DNA from: Escherichia phage p000v
Direction: 5' to 3' (one strand)
Sequence record: NC_055781.1
DNA: 64,000 nucleotides
Shown: positions 46,217-55,873 of the stretch, piece by piece
Layout: each line of letters opens with the position of its first letter
How positions within the stretch are numbered: position 1 is the stretch's first letter
Notes under the pieces: generated by a model
What the model was told of the DNA's origin: nothing
What the model saw: only the letters and a program-made list of their open reading frames with translations
Database searches by the model: none
Program-made: the position numbers and the translations under genes

Positions 46217-46225
46217 GGAATTATT

Positions 46226-46645
46226 ATGAATATTGCAAATCTCTCTATTGGTGATTATGTACACGTATCAGATGCTTCTCGCTCTAAAGTTGCTGGGAAG
46301 TTGGTTGAAGTTCTTTATGTAAGTGATCCGGTTTTTGGACGTAACGAAGTTAAAGTTCGTGACGCCGATGGCAACATTGGTTACGTTAAAAGCCAATTCA
46401 TTGAACCAGAAGAAAAAGCGTTCAAATGGGGACTATGCAGATCAGTTTCTGTTGAAAAAGACCATGAATTCACTATTGCTGCGGCAACTGATGGGACACC
46501 GTGGAAAACTAAGCAAATCGCTGGATTTATTAGCGACCGTTGGGTAGAAGATGGTGTTAAGCTTTATAACATCGTTTTCGCTGGACAGTTCATGGTAGTT
46601 CCTGAATTCCAAATTAAAAAATATAGCCCAGCTGCTTTCGCATAA
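46226..46645 (+). CDS. hypothetical protein, paralog family member 3
   Basis: GFISDRWVEDGVKLYNIVFAGQFMVVP. Confidence 0.55.
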   Translation: MNIANLSIGDYVHVSDASRSKVAGKLVEVLYVSDPVFGRNEVKVRDADGNIGYVKSQFIEPEEKAFKWGLCRSVSVEKDHEFTIAAATDGTPWKTKQIAGFISDRWVEDGVKLYNIVFAGQFMVVPEFQIKKYSPAAFA

Positions 46646-46704
46646 AGTTGTTTACTTCTCCTCTGGTTTTGATATTATAACCATATCAACCAGAGGAGAA
46701 TAAT

Positions 46705-47229
46705 ATGTTAGTTTACCGCGTAGAACGTAGTTTTTGTACTCAACGTGAATCATTACCAGGAGTTGCTATCGAAGACGGTAAAGCCGTCAGAATTTGGGAA
46801 ACCTCCTGGAATAAAGAACCTCGTTCGCCATACGGTTGGTCGGGCACCGACAACTCTGAAGAAACATGGGAGTTCCTTGATAAGCATGGAATACTCTCAG
46901 GTAACTTCTACCATCACGGCGACAACTATAATGTACCTAATCGTCCTACAGTAAATGAAGACAAACTCCTTGAACAAAATATCTTAAGATACTATAGAAT
47001 TGAGCACACATTTGAATTGAACGAAGATTGGGCTCAAGGGTTCTATTTTGGATTTGAAAGCGTTGACGCGGTTTATGCATGGTTTGATGACCAGGTGGAT
47101 GTTGAACTCTTGAAAGCTAAAGGATACTACATCGCGGTCTATGAAGCACCTGATTTCATCCTCGGAAGTTGTCAATTAATGTTTAGACGTTCATTGGCAG
47201 AACAAGTTGATTTTATTTTGCTAAAATGA
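46705..47229 (+). CDS. hypothetical protein
   Basis: ORF track 174 aa; RBS GAGGAGAA. Confidence 0.5.
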   Translation: MLVYRVERSFCTQRESLPGVAIEDGKAVRIWETSWNKEPRSPYGWSGTDNSEETWEFLDKHGILSGNFYHHGDNYNVPNRPTVNEDKLLEQNILRYYRIEHTFELNEDWAQGFYFGFESVDAVYAWFDDQVDVELLKAKGYYIAVYEAPDFILGSCQLMFRRSLAEQVDFILLK

Positions 47230-47286
47230 TGTACAACAACTATGGTCTATGATACTATAGACCTATCAAAACAAGAGGAGAATATT

Positions 47287-47514
47287 ATGAAACGACAAAT
47301 CATTAAAAACGTAACTACTGATTCAAACATCGATGAGTTTGAAGATGTTCTGTTTAATCCTGATTTAGTTGTTGTACAGAAAAACTGGACCGGATTTTTA
47401 TGCTACACCGAAGTGGTTTACGTTTACGAAAAACTCGGTGATGAAATGCCTATCTACGGTATCTTCCGTGAAATCACTGAAAACGGTACAACTTATTGGA
47501 AGGAAACTTACTAA
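47287..47514 (+). CDS. hypothetical protein
   Basis: ATG with RBS AAGAGGAG. Confidence 0.45.
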   Translation: MKRQIIKNVTTDSNIDEFEDVLFNPDLVVVQKNWTGFLCYTEVVYVYEKLGDEMPIYGIFREITENGTTYWKETY

Positions 47515-47924
47515 TGGCTAATAAATTCCGCGTTAACTCATGGTACCAATTTAAAGATAAACGTGCCCAAGAAGAGTTTATTAAAGACCATACTGATAAC
47601 GGGATTTATGCACGACGTCTTGGCATGGAACCATTTAAAGTATTAGATGTTGACCATCTTGGTCGTCCTACTAAAATTGTGACATCTACTGGCATGGTTG
47701 GATACGCGACAGGTGGTGATATCCTTGATGAAAACTTTATCTGGCTCTCCACGAATGAAGCAGAGTTCTTTGACGAAGTTGGAAATCCATATCAAGCGTC
47801 TGAAGAGCAAGACTCTGGAGAACTTGATGAATTGTCTGAATTTCCGGTGATGACGATTACTATCAAAAATAACGACCAGGCATGGTCTTTGTATCAAATG
47901 TTGAAAGCACATTTTAAGGAATAA
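47514..47924 (+). CDS. hypothetical protein
   Basis: TAATG overlap. Confidence 0.5.
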   Translation: MANKFRVNSWYQFKDKRAQEEFIKDHTDNGIYARRLGMEPFKVLDVDHLGRPTKIVTSTGMVGYATGGDILDENFIWLSTNEAEFFDEVGNPYQASEEQDSGELDELSEFPVMTITIKNNDQAWSLYQMLKAHFKE

Positions 47925-47926
47925 TA

Positions 47927-48106
47927 ATGCCGTTATACGACTATAAATGCCAATCTGAAGATTGTGGTCATGAATATGAAAAAATTAAAAGGATTTCTGA
48001 ACGAGAAAACGATGTTTGCCCTGAATGTCATCGTCTGTCTACTCGTCGGGTTTCTGCTCCTAAACATGTGAACGGTGGTTTTTACGACTTACTTAAAAAG
48101 GGTTAA
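47927..48106 (+). CDS. small zinc-ribbon protein (CxxC...CPxC)
   Basis: MPLYDYKCQSEDCGHEY...CPECHR; 59 aa, below ORF-track cutoff. Confidence 0.45.
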   Translation: MPLYDYKCQSEDCGHEYEKIKRISERENDVCPECHRLSTRRVSAPKHVNGGFYDLLKKG

Positions 48107-48108
48107 TT

Positions 48109-48531
48109 ATGGCTTTTAAAGGTTTTGAAGTTGGTAAGAAATATCGTATTATCAAAGGTCAAGAAGATAATTTCTTGAGAATTCTTAATACGACTGGTAA
48201 ACGTCTTAACACTACTCTGCATACAGTTTTATTATCAAGAGATTTTATTGTAGAAGAGATGATTGGCTACGGTGTTTCAATGATTGCCGCTGAAACCGAT
48301 GGACCTGGACGTACAATCATTAGTATGCAAGGTGATATTCTAATTTACGGTGCAGAATTTAAATTCTTTGAAGAAGTTCAGGAACCAGATACAGCTGTCG
48401 ATTTCAAAAAAGGCTCTATAGAATTTGTTGATGGTTCGGTGATCGTATCAGGCGATGTGGTCATTACAGTTAAAAGTGAACAAGGGCGTTTGGCTGCAAT
48501 TGATGCACTTCAGAAAATTAAATTTAAATAA
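48109..48531 (+). CDS. hypothetical protein
   Basis: ORF track 140 aa. Confidence 0.5.
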   Translation: MAFKGFEVGKKYRIIKGQEDNFLRILNTTGKRLNTTLHTVLLSRDFIVEEMIGYGVSMIAAETDGPGRTIISMQGDILIYGAEFKFFEEVQEPDTAVDFKKGSIEFVDGSVIVSGDVVITVKSEQGRLAAIDALQKIKFK

Positions 48532-48548
48532 GGGCTTCGGCCCTTTTT
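48531..48548 (+). terminator. hairpin AGGGC-UUCG-GCCCU + U5
   Basis: 5 bp stem, UUCG loop, TTTTT. Confidence 0.55.
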
Positions 48549-48594
48549 GCTTTAGATTTCGGATGATAGAATACCTTCATAACGAGGAGACAAC

Positions 48595-50415
48595 ATGATT
48601 AAAAATGAAATTAAGGTATTGTCGGATGTAGAACATATTAAGAAACGTAGTGGCATGTATATTGGTTCTTCTGCTAAAGAAGCCCACGAGCGTTTTTTGT
48701 TTGGTAAATATCAACAAGTTGAATATGTTCCTGGTCTGGTTAAATTAATCGATGAGATTATTGACAACTCGGTTGATGAAGCTATTCGTACATCATTTAA
48801 GTTTGCAAATAAAATTGATGTGCAAATTAAAAATAATCAAGTTTCGGTGGAAGATAACGGACGTGGTATTCCTCAAGGTTTAGTTACCGACCAAACAGGT
48901 GAACAAATTCCTGGGCCTGTAGCAGCCTGGACTATTCCAAAGGCCGGTGGTAACTTTGGTGATGACTCTGAACGTAAGACTGGTGGTATGAACGGCGTCG
49001 GGAGTAGTTTAACTAATATCTTCTCTACGTTGTTTACAGGCATCACGTCAGATGGCGAAAATGAAATCACTGTTAACTGTTCAAACGGAATGGAAAACAA
49101 ATCATGGTCTTCTAAGAAATCTAAAGGTAAAGGCACTAAAGTAATCTTCACTCCTGATTTCACTTCATTTGAAGAGCATAATTTATCTCAAATTTATTTA
49201 GATATTACTTTAGACCGACTTCAAACATTGGCAGTCGTTTATCCTGATATCAAGTTCACATTTAATGGTAAAAAGGTCGATGGTAATTTTAAACGATTTG
49301 CTAAACAATTTGGTGAAGATAACATCATTCAAGAAAATGATAAAGTCTCTATAGCATTCACAACATCACCAGATGGCTTCCGTCATTTAACTTATGTGAA
49401 TAACATCCATACTAAAAATGGTGGACATCATGTTGAATGTGTAATGGACGATATCTGCGAACATCTTTTGCCGGGTATTAAAAAGAAATATAAGGGTATT
49501 GAAGTCACTAAAGCTCGTGTTAAAGAATGTCTCACAATGTTGATGTTTATTAGAGACATGAGCAACATGCGTTTTGATTCTCAGACTAAAGAACGTTTAA
49601 CGTCAACGTACGGTGATATTCGTAATCATATCCAATTAGATGCTAAGAAAATTGCTCAGGCACTTCTTAAAAATGAAGCCTTGATTATGCCTATTGTTGA
49701 AGCAGCATTAGCTCGTAAATTGGCGGCAGAAAAGGCTGCAGAAACTAAAGCAGCTAAAAAGGCAACTAAAGCTAAGGTTCATAAGCATATTAAAGCTAAC
49801 CAATGTGGTAAAGATGCAGATACGACATTGTTTTTAACAGAAGGTGATTCGGCAATTGGATATCTCATTGATGTTCGTGACCGTGAACTACATGGTGGAT
49901 TCCCATTACGTGGTAAGGTGATGAATAGCTGGGGTATGTCATATGCTGATATGATGAAGAACAAAGAGCTCTTTGATATCTGTGCTATCACGGGTCTTAT
50001 TCTTGGTGAAAAAGCAGAGAATACGAACTATCGTAATATTGCAATTATGACCGATGCCGATCATGACGGCCTTGGAAGTATTTATCCTGCTTTGCTTGCT
50101 TTCTTTAGTAATTGGCCTGAATTGTTTGAACAAGGACGTATTCGCTTTGTTAAAACACCTGTAATTATTGCACAAATTGGCAAAACTCAAAAATGGTTTT
50201 ATACTGTAGCTGAGTATGAAGAAGTTAAAGATACACTGCCTAAGCATAGTATTCGATACATCAAGGGATTGGGCTCACTTCAGCGGGATGAATATAAAGA
50301 AATGATTCAAAACCCTGTGTACGACGTAGTTAAACTTCCTGAAAATTGGAAAGAACTATTTGAAATGCTCATGGGTAACGACCCTGAACTCCGTAAAGAT
50401 TGGATGCTAGGATAA
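48595..50415 (+). CDS. 39: topoisomerase II large subunit (GyrB-like ATPase plus TOPRIM), single uninterrupted ORF
   Basis: GHKL motifs IDEIIDNSVDEA and DNGRGIP; TOPRIM LFLTEGDSA and DADHDG; 606 aa. Confidence 0.92.
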   Translation: MIKNEIKVLSDVEHIKKRSGMYIGSSAKEAHERFLFGKYQQVEYVPGLVKLIDEIIDNSVDEAIRTSFKFANKIDVQIKNNQVSVEDNGRGIPQGLVTDQTGEQIPGPVAAWTIPKAGGNFGDDSERKTGGMNGVGSSLTNIFSTLFTGITSDGENEITVNCSNGMENKSWSSKKSKGKGTKVIFTPDFTSFEEHNLSQIYLDITLDRLQTLAVVYPDIKFTFNGKKVDGNFKRFAKQFGEDNIIQENDKVSIAFTTSPDGFRHLTYVNNIHTKNGGHHVECVMDDICEHLLPGIKKKYKGIEVTKARVKECLTMLMFIRDMSNMRFDSQTKERLTSTYGDIRNHIQLDAKKIAQALLKNEALIMPIVEAALARKLAAEKAAETKAAKKATKAKVHKHIKANQCGKDADTTLFLTEGDSAIGYLIDVRDRELHGGFPLRGKVMNSWGMSYADMMKNKELFDICAITGLILGEKAENTNYRNIAIMTDADHDGLGSIYPALLAFFSNWPELFEQGRIRFVKTPVIIAQIGKTQKWFYTVAEYEEVKDTLPKHSIRYIKGLGSLQRDEYKEMIQNPVYDVVKLPENWKELFEMLMGNDPELRKDWMLG

Positions 50416-51212
50416 TGAATTATCGTAAAATTTATGATAAACTTATCGCTGCGGCTAAAAACCGCAGCACTATTCCTAATTATACTGAAACTCACCATAT
50501 TTTGCCTAAATCTATGGGTGGGAGTAATGCTAAATCAAATCTAGTTAAAATGACCCCTAGAGAGCATTTTATCGCCCATTTATTGCTTTATAAAATTCAT
50601 AAGAACCGTTCTATGCTTATGGCTATTAGAGCTTTTTACATGGGAGCTAGAAATTCTAGAGATTATGATTGGCTTAAACAAGAATTCTCTAAAGAGCACT
50701 CTAGATTTATGAAAGAATGGATTGCTAAAAATGGCAACCCATTTAAAGGTAAAAAACATACTAAAGCAACAAGAGAATTAATGTCACATATTGCTTCACA
50801 ACGTATAGGCGAATTAAATCCGTTTTATGGTAAAACTCATACGCAAGAAGCAATAGATAAAATAATACAGGCCAACAAGTTATCTTGGGAGAATGGGCGA
50901 AAAGCACCTGTAAAAACAAAAGAACACCAGGATAAAATAACTAAATCAAGAATGGAAACATTTAAAACAAAAGGATTTAAACCATACACTCCTAGGTCGG
51001 AAGAAACTAAAGCTAAGACTAGAGAGTTGTATAAATCTAAATATGAAAGAAGGCCTATAAGAATCACAAGTGTAAAAACAGGTGAAACTATTGATTTTAA
51101 CTATCTTTATGAATTAAGGGAGTATTTAGGTATAGGGTCTTCTAATATATTGAAAGCATTAAATAATCCTAACAGAACCTGCAAAGGTTATAAAATGTGT
51201 TGGATGTCCTAA
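50415..51212 (+). CDS. HNH homing endonuclease with NUMOD3-like repeats
   Basis: ETHHILPKSMGG...N...REH HNH motif; repeated NPF(K/Y)GK.HT motifs; start overlaps gene 39 stop (TAATG). Confidence 0.8.
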   Translation: MNYRKIYDKLIAAAKNRSTIPNYTETHHILPKSMGGSNAKSNLVKMTPREHFIAHLLLYKIHKNRSMLMAIRAFYMGARNSRDYDWLKQEFSKEHSRFMKEWIAKNGNPFKGKKHTKATRELMSHIASQRIGELNPFYGKTHTQEAIDKIIQANKLSWENGRKAPVKTKEHQDKITKSRMETFKTKGFKPYTPRSEETKAKTRELYKSKYERRPIRITSVKTGETIDFNYLYELREYLGIGSSNILKALNNPNRTCKGYKMCWMS

Positions 51213-51235
51213 GCTCCTTCGGGAGCTTCATTTTA
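51211..51235 (+). terminator. hairpin AAGCUCC-UUCG-GGAGCUU followed by T-rich run
   Basis: 7 bp stem with UUCG loop. Confidence 0.5.
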
Positions 51236-51254
51236 ATTTTAATAAGGCTTAATT

Positions 51255-52355
51255 ATGAAAGTTATGTTTATCCCATCTCGCGCAGTCCCATTTAACCCAG
51301 AACGTGTACAAGGTGGTCTTGAAGCAGTACATTTAAATGTATTGAAATATCTTGTGTCCATCGGTGCTGATATTGATTATATCGGCTTTGATAATGACAC
51401 GTTTGGTGACTGGAAGGTTAATCATCATCCTGTTGGTCATCTGACTAAATTCAGTCTAGGTATGAGTTATACTATGGCTCGTAAGATTGTTGAACTAGCC
51501 GGCATCCATGAATACGATTTTGTTGTTACTATGGAACCGACTAAACTAACCGTTCAGGCAATTAAAGACGCAGGTCTCTCTAAAGTTCATAAGAATTTTA
51601 TGGCAACACCATTTGAACCGGTATCTCGTGGCATTGTTCAAATTTGGGACCAGACTATTCAAATTCATAAGAATGGTGGTAAGAGTTATGCTCCTACTAA
51701 AGCCTTCCGTGAATTTGAACGCAAATATTGTTATATGACTTCAGGTCTGACTGACAAAATTGATTATGATTATTGGCGAGCAAATCCGTTGTTTGAAGCC
51801 GAAGATTATCCGGTTATTTGTTTGACTGAAAAGCCAGAAGTTCTTCCGGCGACGGATCTGATTATTAGTGCACAACGTTATGACACTAAAATGCGTCGTA
51901 CTGATGTTGCTCTTGAAGCGATTAAAGCACTAGGCGAAAATGGTGCAGGATACTGTCCTAGTAAATGGGCACCACCAGCTAAATATCCTGTTATTATTGA
52001 TGCTCCACACAGCGAAATCATGGAACGTCTTAAAACAGCTAAAGCACTTATCAATACGTGTCCTGACACGGGTACGGTAGAGAATAGTTCTATTGAAGCC
52101 ATCTCTAAAGGTGTCCCTGTGATTCAGTTAGTTTTTAAGGATTATCCGCACGCGACATTCGAATATGACCCAGATACTGTGCGTGTAGAAATTGATTCCT
52201 CTACTCCTAAGAAAGAAGTAGTTGCGCTTTACACAAAAGCTGTATTAGAATTCACTGACACATACGAAGCTCGAGTTAAACGTGCTGAAGCAGTATGGAA
52301 GAAGTATAACCGAGATGCAGTTGTTGCGATGTGGGATAAAATCTTCACAGCGTAA
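51255..52355 (+). CDS. GT-B fold glycosyltransferase (candidate DNA hmC pentosyl/arabinosyl transferase)
   Basis: N-terminus MKVMFIPSRAV...GGLE and C-terminal ...GTVENSSIEAISKGVPVIQ resemble GT4-type GT-B motifs; 366 aa; lies between gene 39 and rIIA. Confidence 0.75.
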   Translation: MKVMFIPSRAVPFNPERVQGGLEAVHLNVLKYLVSIGADIDYIGFDNDTFGDWKVNHHPVGHLTKFSLGMSYTMARKIVELAGIHEYDFVVTMEPTKLTVQAIKDAGLSKVHKNFMATPFEPVSRGIVQIWDQTIQIHKNGGKSYAPTKAFREFERKYCYMTSGLTDKIDYDYWRANPLFEAEDYPVICLTEKPEVLPATDLIISAQRYDTKMRRTDVALEAIKALGENGAGYCPSKWAPPAKYPVIIDAPHSEIMERLKTAKALINTCPDTGTVENSSIEAISKGVPVIQLVFKDYPHATFEYDPDTVRVEIDSSTPKKEVVALYTKAVLEFTDTYEARVKRAEAVWKKYNRDAVVAMWDKIFTA

Positions 52356-52447
52356 ATCCTGAATCGCCTGAGGCACTATTACACATAAGATGATAGATTA
52401 TATGGTCTTTAGTAATAGTGCCCTAGGAATCTACTGAAGAGAATATT

Positions 52448-52648
52448 ATGAGAACATATAACGTGGACTTGGAACTTTTTGATAAAGCAGTGCTCCGGGA
52501 ATTCCGGCTTATCCAAAGATTTTTTGATATCGAATCAGCAGAGTCCTTTAAAGAACGCTTTAAAGAAATTCGATATAAAATACAAACCGATACAGCTACT
52601 AAAGAAGAACTTCTTGAAGTAGCAGAAATTTTTAAACGTAACTTGTGA
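52448..52648 (+). CDS. small protein upstream of rIIA (rIIA.1 position)
   Basis: Synteny. Confidence 0.5.
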   Translation: MRTYNVDLELFDKAVLREFRLIQRFFDIESAESFKERFKEIRYKIQTDTATKEELLEVAEIFKRNL

Positions 52649-52660
52649 TGAGAGAAAAAT

Positions 52661-54874
52661 ATGATTATTGAAACGGCTAAAGAAACGATTATTGGTTCAG
52701 GCGGTAAGAGCACAGCATTCACTATTCAAGGCAATAGCAAAGTTTATAAGATTTTGTCTAATGACCTTTATACAAACAAAGAATTGGCTTGTGTACGTGA
52801 ATTAATTACAAACTGTATCGATGGACAAATTCTTAACGGTTGCACTGATAAGTTTATTGTTCAGGCTCCAGGTCGTTTAGACCCACGCTTTGTAGTTCGA
52901 GACTTTGGTCCTGGTATGAGCGATTTCACCATTAGAGGTAATGACGAAGAGCCAGGAATCTATAACTCATATTTTGCTTCAACTAAAACATCGAGTAACG
53001 ATTTCATCGGTGGATTCGGACTCGGTTCTAAAGCTCCGCTAGCATATACCGATACGTTTAACCTTACGTCTTATCACAACGGTGAAGTTCGTGGTTACGT
53101 AATCTACCAAGATGACACAGGTCCACAAATTAAGCCGACCTTCGTAGATAAGATGGGTCCTGATGACCGTACGGGTGTAGAAGTAGTTGTACCGGTTAAC
53201 CCGGAAGATTTTGAAAAGTTCGCATCCGAAATTGCATATGTTATGCGTCCTCTAGGTGATATTGCAGAAGTTCGTGGTGTTAAAGATATTAAATACTTCC
53301 CGGAATTTGACGATGTATATTTGGCCAAGGAAGCTCCATGGGGTGAACGTGGTAATATCATGGCTGTTTATGGCGGTATTGTATATCCAATCGGAAGCGT
53401 TATTAAAGAACAAACATGGATGATGACACGATGCACTACAGCTTATATTAAATTCCCTATGGGTGAACTAGATGTAGCTCCGTCTCGTGAAGCATTGTCA
53501 TTTGATAAACGTACGGTAGCAAATATCCATAAACGCGTTGCAGAAATCGATGCTAAATTGTTCGCTGAAGATTCTAAGAAATGGATTGATTGTAAATACC
53601 CACGTCATGTGTTCCGTGAAATTGATTCTCTTGGCTATACCGCTCGTAAATACATGGAAAAGGCTGGGTCTAATATTGAATCACTGAAATACTCTAAAGA
53701 ACAACTAACTTATTCTGAGTTGTACAAACGTTTTAAAATGGGGCCTGAGTGGTGTAATCTTGGTGTCGTATACGATATCGTTGAATCCCCTCGTCTTCGT
53801 CGTATTCGTGAAAGTGGTAGCTCAACGGCAACCATTTCAATTAACAGTCTGATTGGCATTAACATTAAAAACGTTGAAATTGTTATTGACGACGTTAAGG
53901 GACGCGTTCCATTAATGCGAGCTCTTAATTCAATTGAAATGTCTAAAGACGAGGTTAAATTAACTGGTAAAGTTCCACGCGGTTTTGGTAAAAGCGTACT
54001 ATTCGTTGACCCTACAGACGAAGATGCAATGAAACTTCTGGAACGCCTTAAAGTTATCTTTGATGGCGACAACATTAACATGTACAAGACTTCAGAGCTT
54101 TTACAAATCGTTAAGCCATGGATTGAAGTCAGGAAACGGACTAATGAGCCTCGTCCTAAATCGCCAAGTGCTCATCGATTCTTTAAGAATGAAAACGATG
54201 TTTGGGTATCAGAAGACCTCTTTATTCCGGCAAGTGAAGCAGATGAAATCCAAGGTTATGCTATAGTTCGTAATCGTTCTAATGCTGAATGTCTTGACGC
54301 AGATAAAGGTTGGTTGAACTATGACTCCAATTTCTTGACCCGTATTGCTGATTTGTCAGGTATTAAAGAGTTCACTGTAGTTCGTCCACAGATTGCTAAG
54401 AAAGTTCGTAAACTTGGTGAAGTAGAATGTTTGTTCGAAAAATCAATTAATGACTATATTACGCTAATCGATAAAGTGGATTATGATGAGTATGTATCAC
54501 CAAGTCGTAGAGCACAGCCTTATTTGAATCATATTACTCGTAATGAAGAGCTTAACTTCCTTAGTAAGTATTTTAGCTCTAAGAACAAAGAAATCAGTAA
54601 AGACTTTGCAAAACTCTCAACAGTAAATAATCGTTGGGGATGGAATCGATTCGCAGGTGCTACTAATACAGACATGAATAAGAAGTTAGAACTGTGTGCT
54701 AAAATTTTCGATAAGCTTAAAGATAATGCTTACGATAATGATGATAAAATGGTTATTGAATTCGAAACCAATTATCATATTGTGTCAGAATACATGGGAC
54801 GACGTGGTACTCTTTCCAAAGAACAGGTCGCTCAAATCGTTAAATTCATGAAGGCCGTGGAAGCGGCCAAATAA
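52661..54874 (+). CDS. rIIA: rIIA protein
   Basis: 737 aa; N-terminal GHKL-like motif RELITNCIDG; synteny with rIIB. Confidence 0.85.
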   Translation: MIIETAKETIIGSGGKSTAFTIQGNSKVYKILSNDLYTNKELACVRELITNCIDGQILNGCTDKFIVQAPGRLDPRFVVRDFGPGMSDFTIRGNDEEPGIYNSYFASTKTSSNDFIGGFGLGSKAPLAYTDTFNLTSYHNGEVRGYVIYQDDTGPQIKPTFVDKMGPDDRTGVEVVVPVNPEDFEKFASEIAYVMRPLGDIAEVRGVKDIKYFPEFDDVYLAKEAPWGERGNIMAVYGGIVYPIGSVIKEQTWMMTRCTTAYIKFPMGELDVAPSREALSFDKRTVANIHKRVAEIDAKLFAEDSKKWIDCKYPRHVFREIDSLGYTARKYMEKAGSNIESLKYSKEQLTYSELYKRFKMGPEWCNLGVVYDIVESPRLRRIRESGSSTATISINSLIGINIKNVEIVIDDVKGRVPLMRALNSIEMSKDEVKLTGKVPRGFGKSVLFVDPTDEDAMKLLERLKVIFDGDNINMYKTSELLQIVKPWIEVRKRTNEPRPKSPSAHRFFKNENDVWVSEDLFIPASEADEIQGYAIVRNRSNAECLDADKGWLNYDSNFLTRIADLSGIKEFTVVRPQIAKKVRKLGEVECLFEKSINDYITLIDKVDYDEYVSPSRRAQPYLNHITRNEELNFLSKYFSSKNKEISKDFAKLSTVNNRWGWNRFAGATNTDMNKKLELCAKIFDKLKDNAYDNDDKMVIEFETNYHIVSEYMGRRGTLSKEQVAQIVKFMKAVEAAK

Positions 54875-54883
54875 GGAAACATT

Positions 54884-55831
54884 ATGTACAATATCAAATG
54901 CTTGTCCCAAGAAGAACAGTTAGAAGCTTACGGCCTGGTTGAATCAGGCAAATGGACTCGTAAAGAAATTGCCGATTACTTCGACATTTCAACAGATACT
55001 CTTCGTAAGATTGTTAAGAATTTTAAAGCAGAAGGCGTTGTCCCTGAAGCAAACGATGCCTCTTATGTAATCGAAGAAGTTCCAGAAAATGATGAACCTA
55101 TTATCGGCGGACATCGTCCTGAAATCGTATGGAACGCGTCATCTAAATTTATTTCAATTATTGAAGGACGCGTAGCATACAATGCGACCCCATCAAGTCA
55201 TGCAAATTTTGAAGAAATTAAAGCTAATCTGGTCGCAGGAAACCTTAGTAAAGCTGTCGAACTTATTAACATCAAGAAAGCTATTAGTAAGTTTGTTGAC
55301 GGTAATGTTGTTATTGAAGGTGGTAGTTTATTTTATCAAGGTATAGAGATTCGTTCTGGCCTGGTTAATCGTATTATTGATTCCATGGAAAAAGGCGAAG
55401 ACTTTAAATTCTATCTGCCGTTCCTTGAAAACCTGTTAGAAAACCCAAGCGAAAAAGCTGTACAACGTTTATTCGACTTCTTGGTTGCAAACGATATTGA
55501 AATCACTGAAGATGGGTATTTCTATGCGTGGAAAGTAGTTCGTAAGGACTATTTAGACTGCTATAGTGGTACATTTGATAACTCCCCAGGTAAAGTTGTT
55601 TCAATGCCTCGTACTCGAGTTAACGACGATGATACTCAAACCTGTTCTCGCGGTCTCCACGTTTGTGCTAAATCTTATATTCGCCACTTTGGTTCAAGCT
55701 CAGATAAAGTTGTGAAAGTTAAAGTTCATCCACGTGATGTTGTATCCATCCCGGTTGACTACGGTGATGCTAAGATGCGTACTTGTCGTTATGAAGTAAT
55801 TTCAGACGTTACTGAATTATTTGCAGAATAA
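54884..55831 (+). CDS. rIIB: rIIB protein
   Basis: MYNIKCL ... IEGGSLFYQ.IE.RSGLV.RI.DSMEKGE.F.FY.PFLENLLENPS.KAV.RLFDFLVANDIEITEDGYFYAWKVV matches recalled T4 rIIB. Confidence 0.9.
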   Translation: MYNIKCLSQEEQLEAYGLVESGKWTRKEIADYFDISTDTLRKIVKNFKAEGVVPEANDASYVIEEVPENDEPIIGGHRPEIVWNASSKFISIIEGRVAYNATPSSHANFEEIKANLVAGNLSKAVELINIKKAISKFVDGNVVIEGGSLFYQGIEIRSGLVNRIIDSMEKGEDFKFYLPFLENLLENPSEKAVQRLFDFLVANDIEITEDGYFYAWKVVRKDYLDCYSGTFDNSPGKVVSMPRTRVNDDDTQTCSRGLHVCAKSYIRHFGSSSDKVVKVKVHPRDVVSIPVDYGDAKMRTCRYEVISDVTELFAE

Positions 55832-55836
55832 TAATT

Positions 55837-55859
55837 GGGGACTTCGGTCCCCTTTTTTT
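55837..55859 (+). terminator. rho-independent terminator GGGGAC-UUCG-GUCCCC + U7
   Basis: 6 bp GC-rich stem, UUCG loop, TTTTTTT. Confidence 0.65.
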
Positions 55860-55873
55860 CTTTAGGGGTAATT

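Noticed and set aside
53710-54087. 125-aa minus-strand ORF inside rIIA
   Set aside because: Antisense shadow ORF inside a long well-supported gene.
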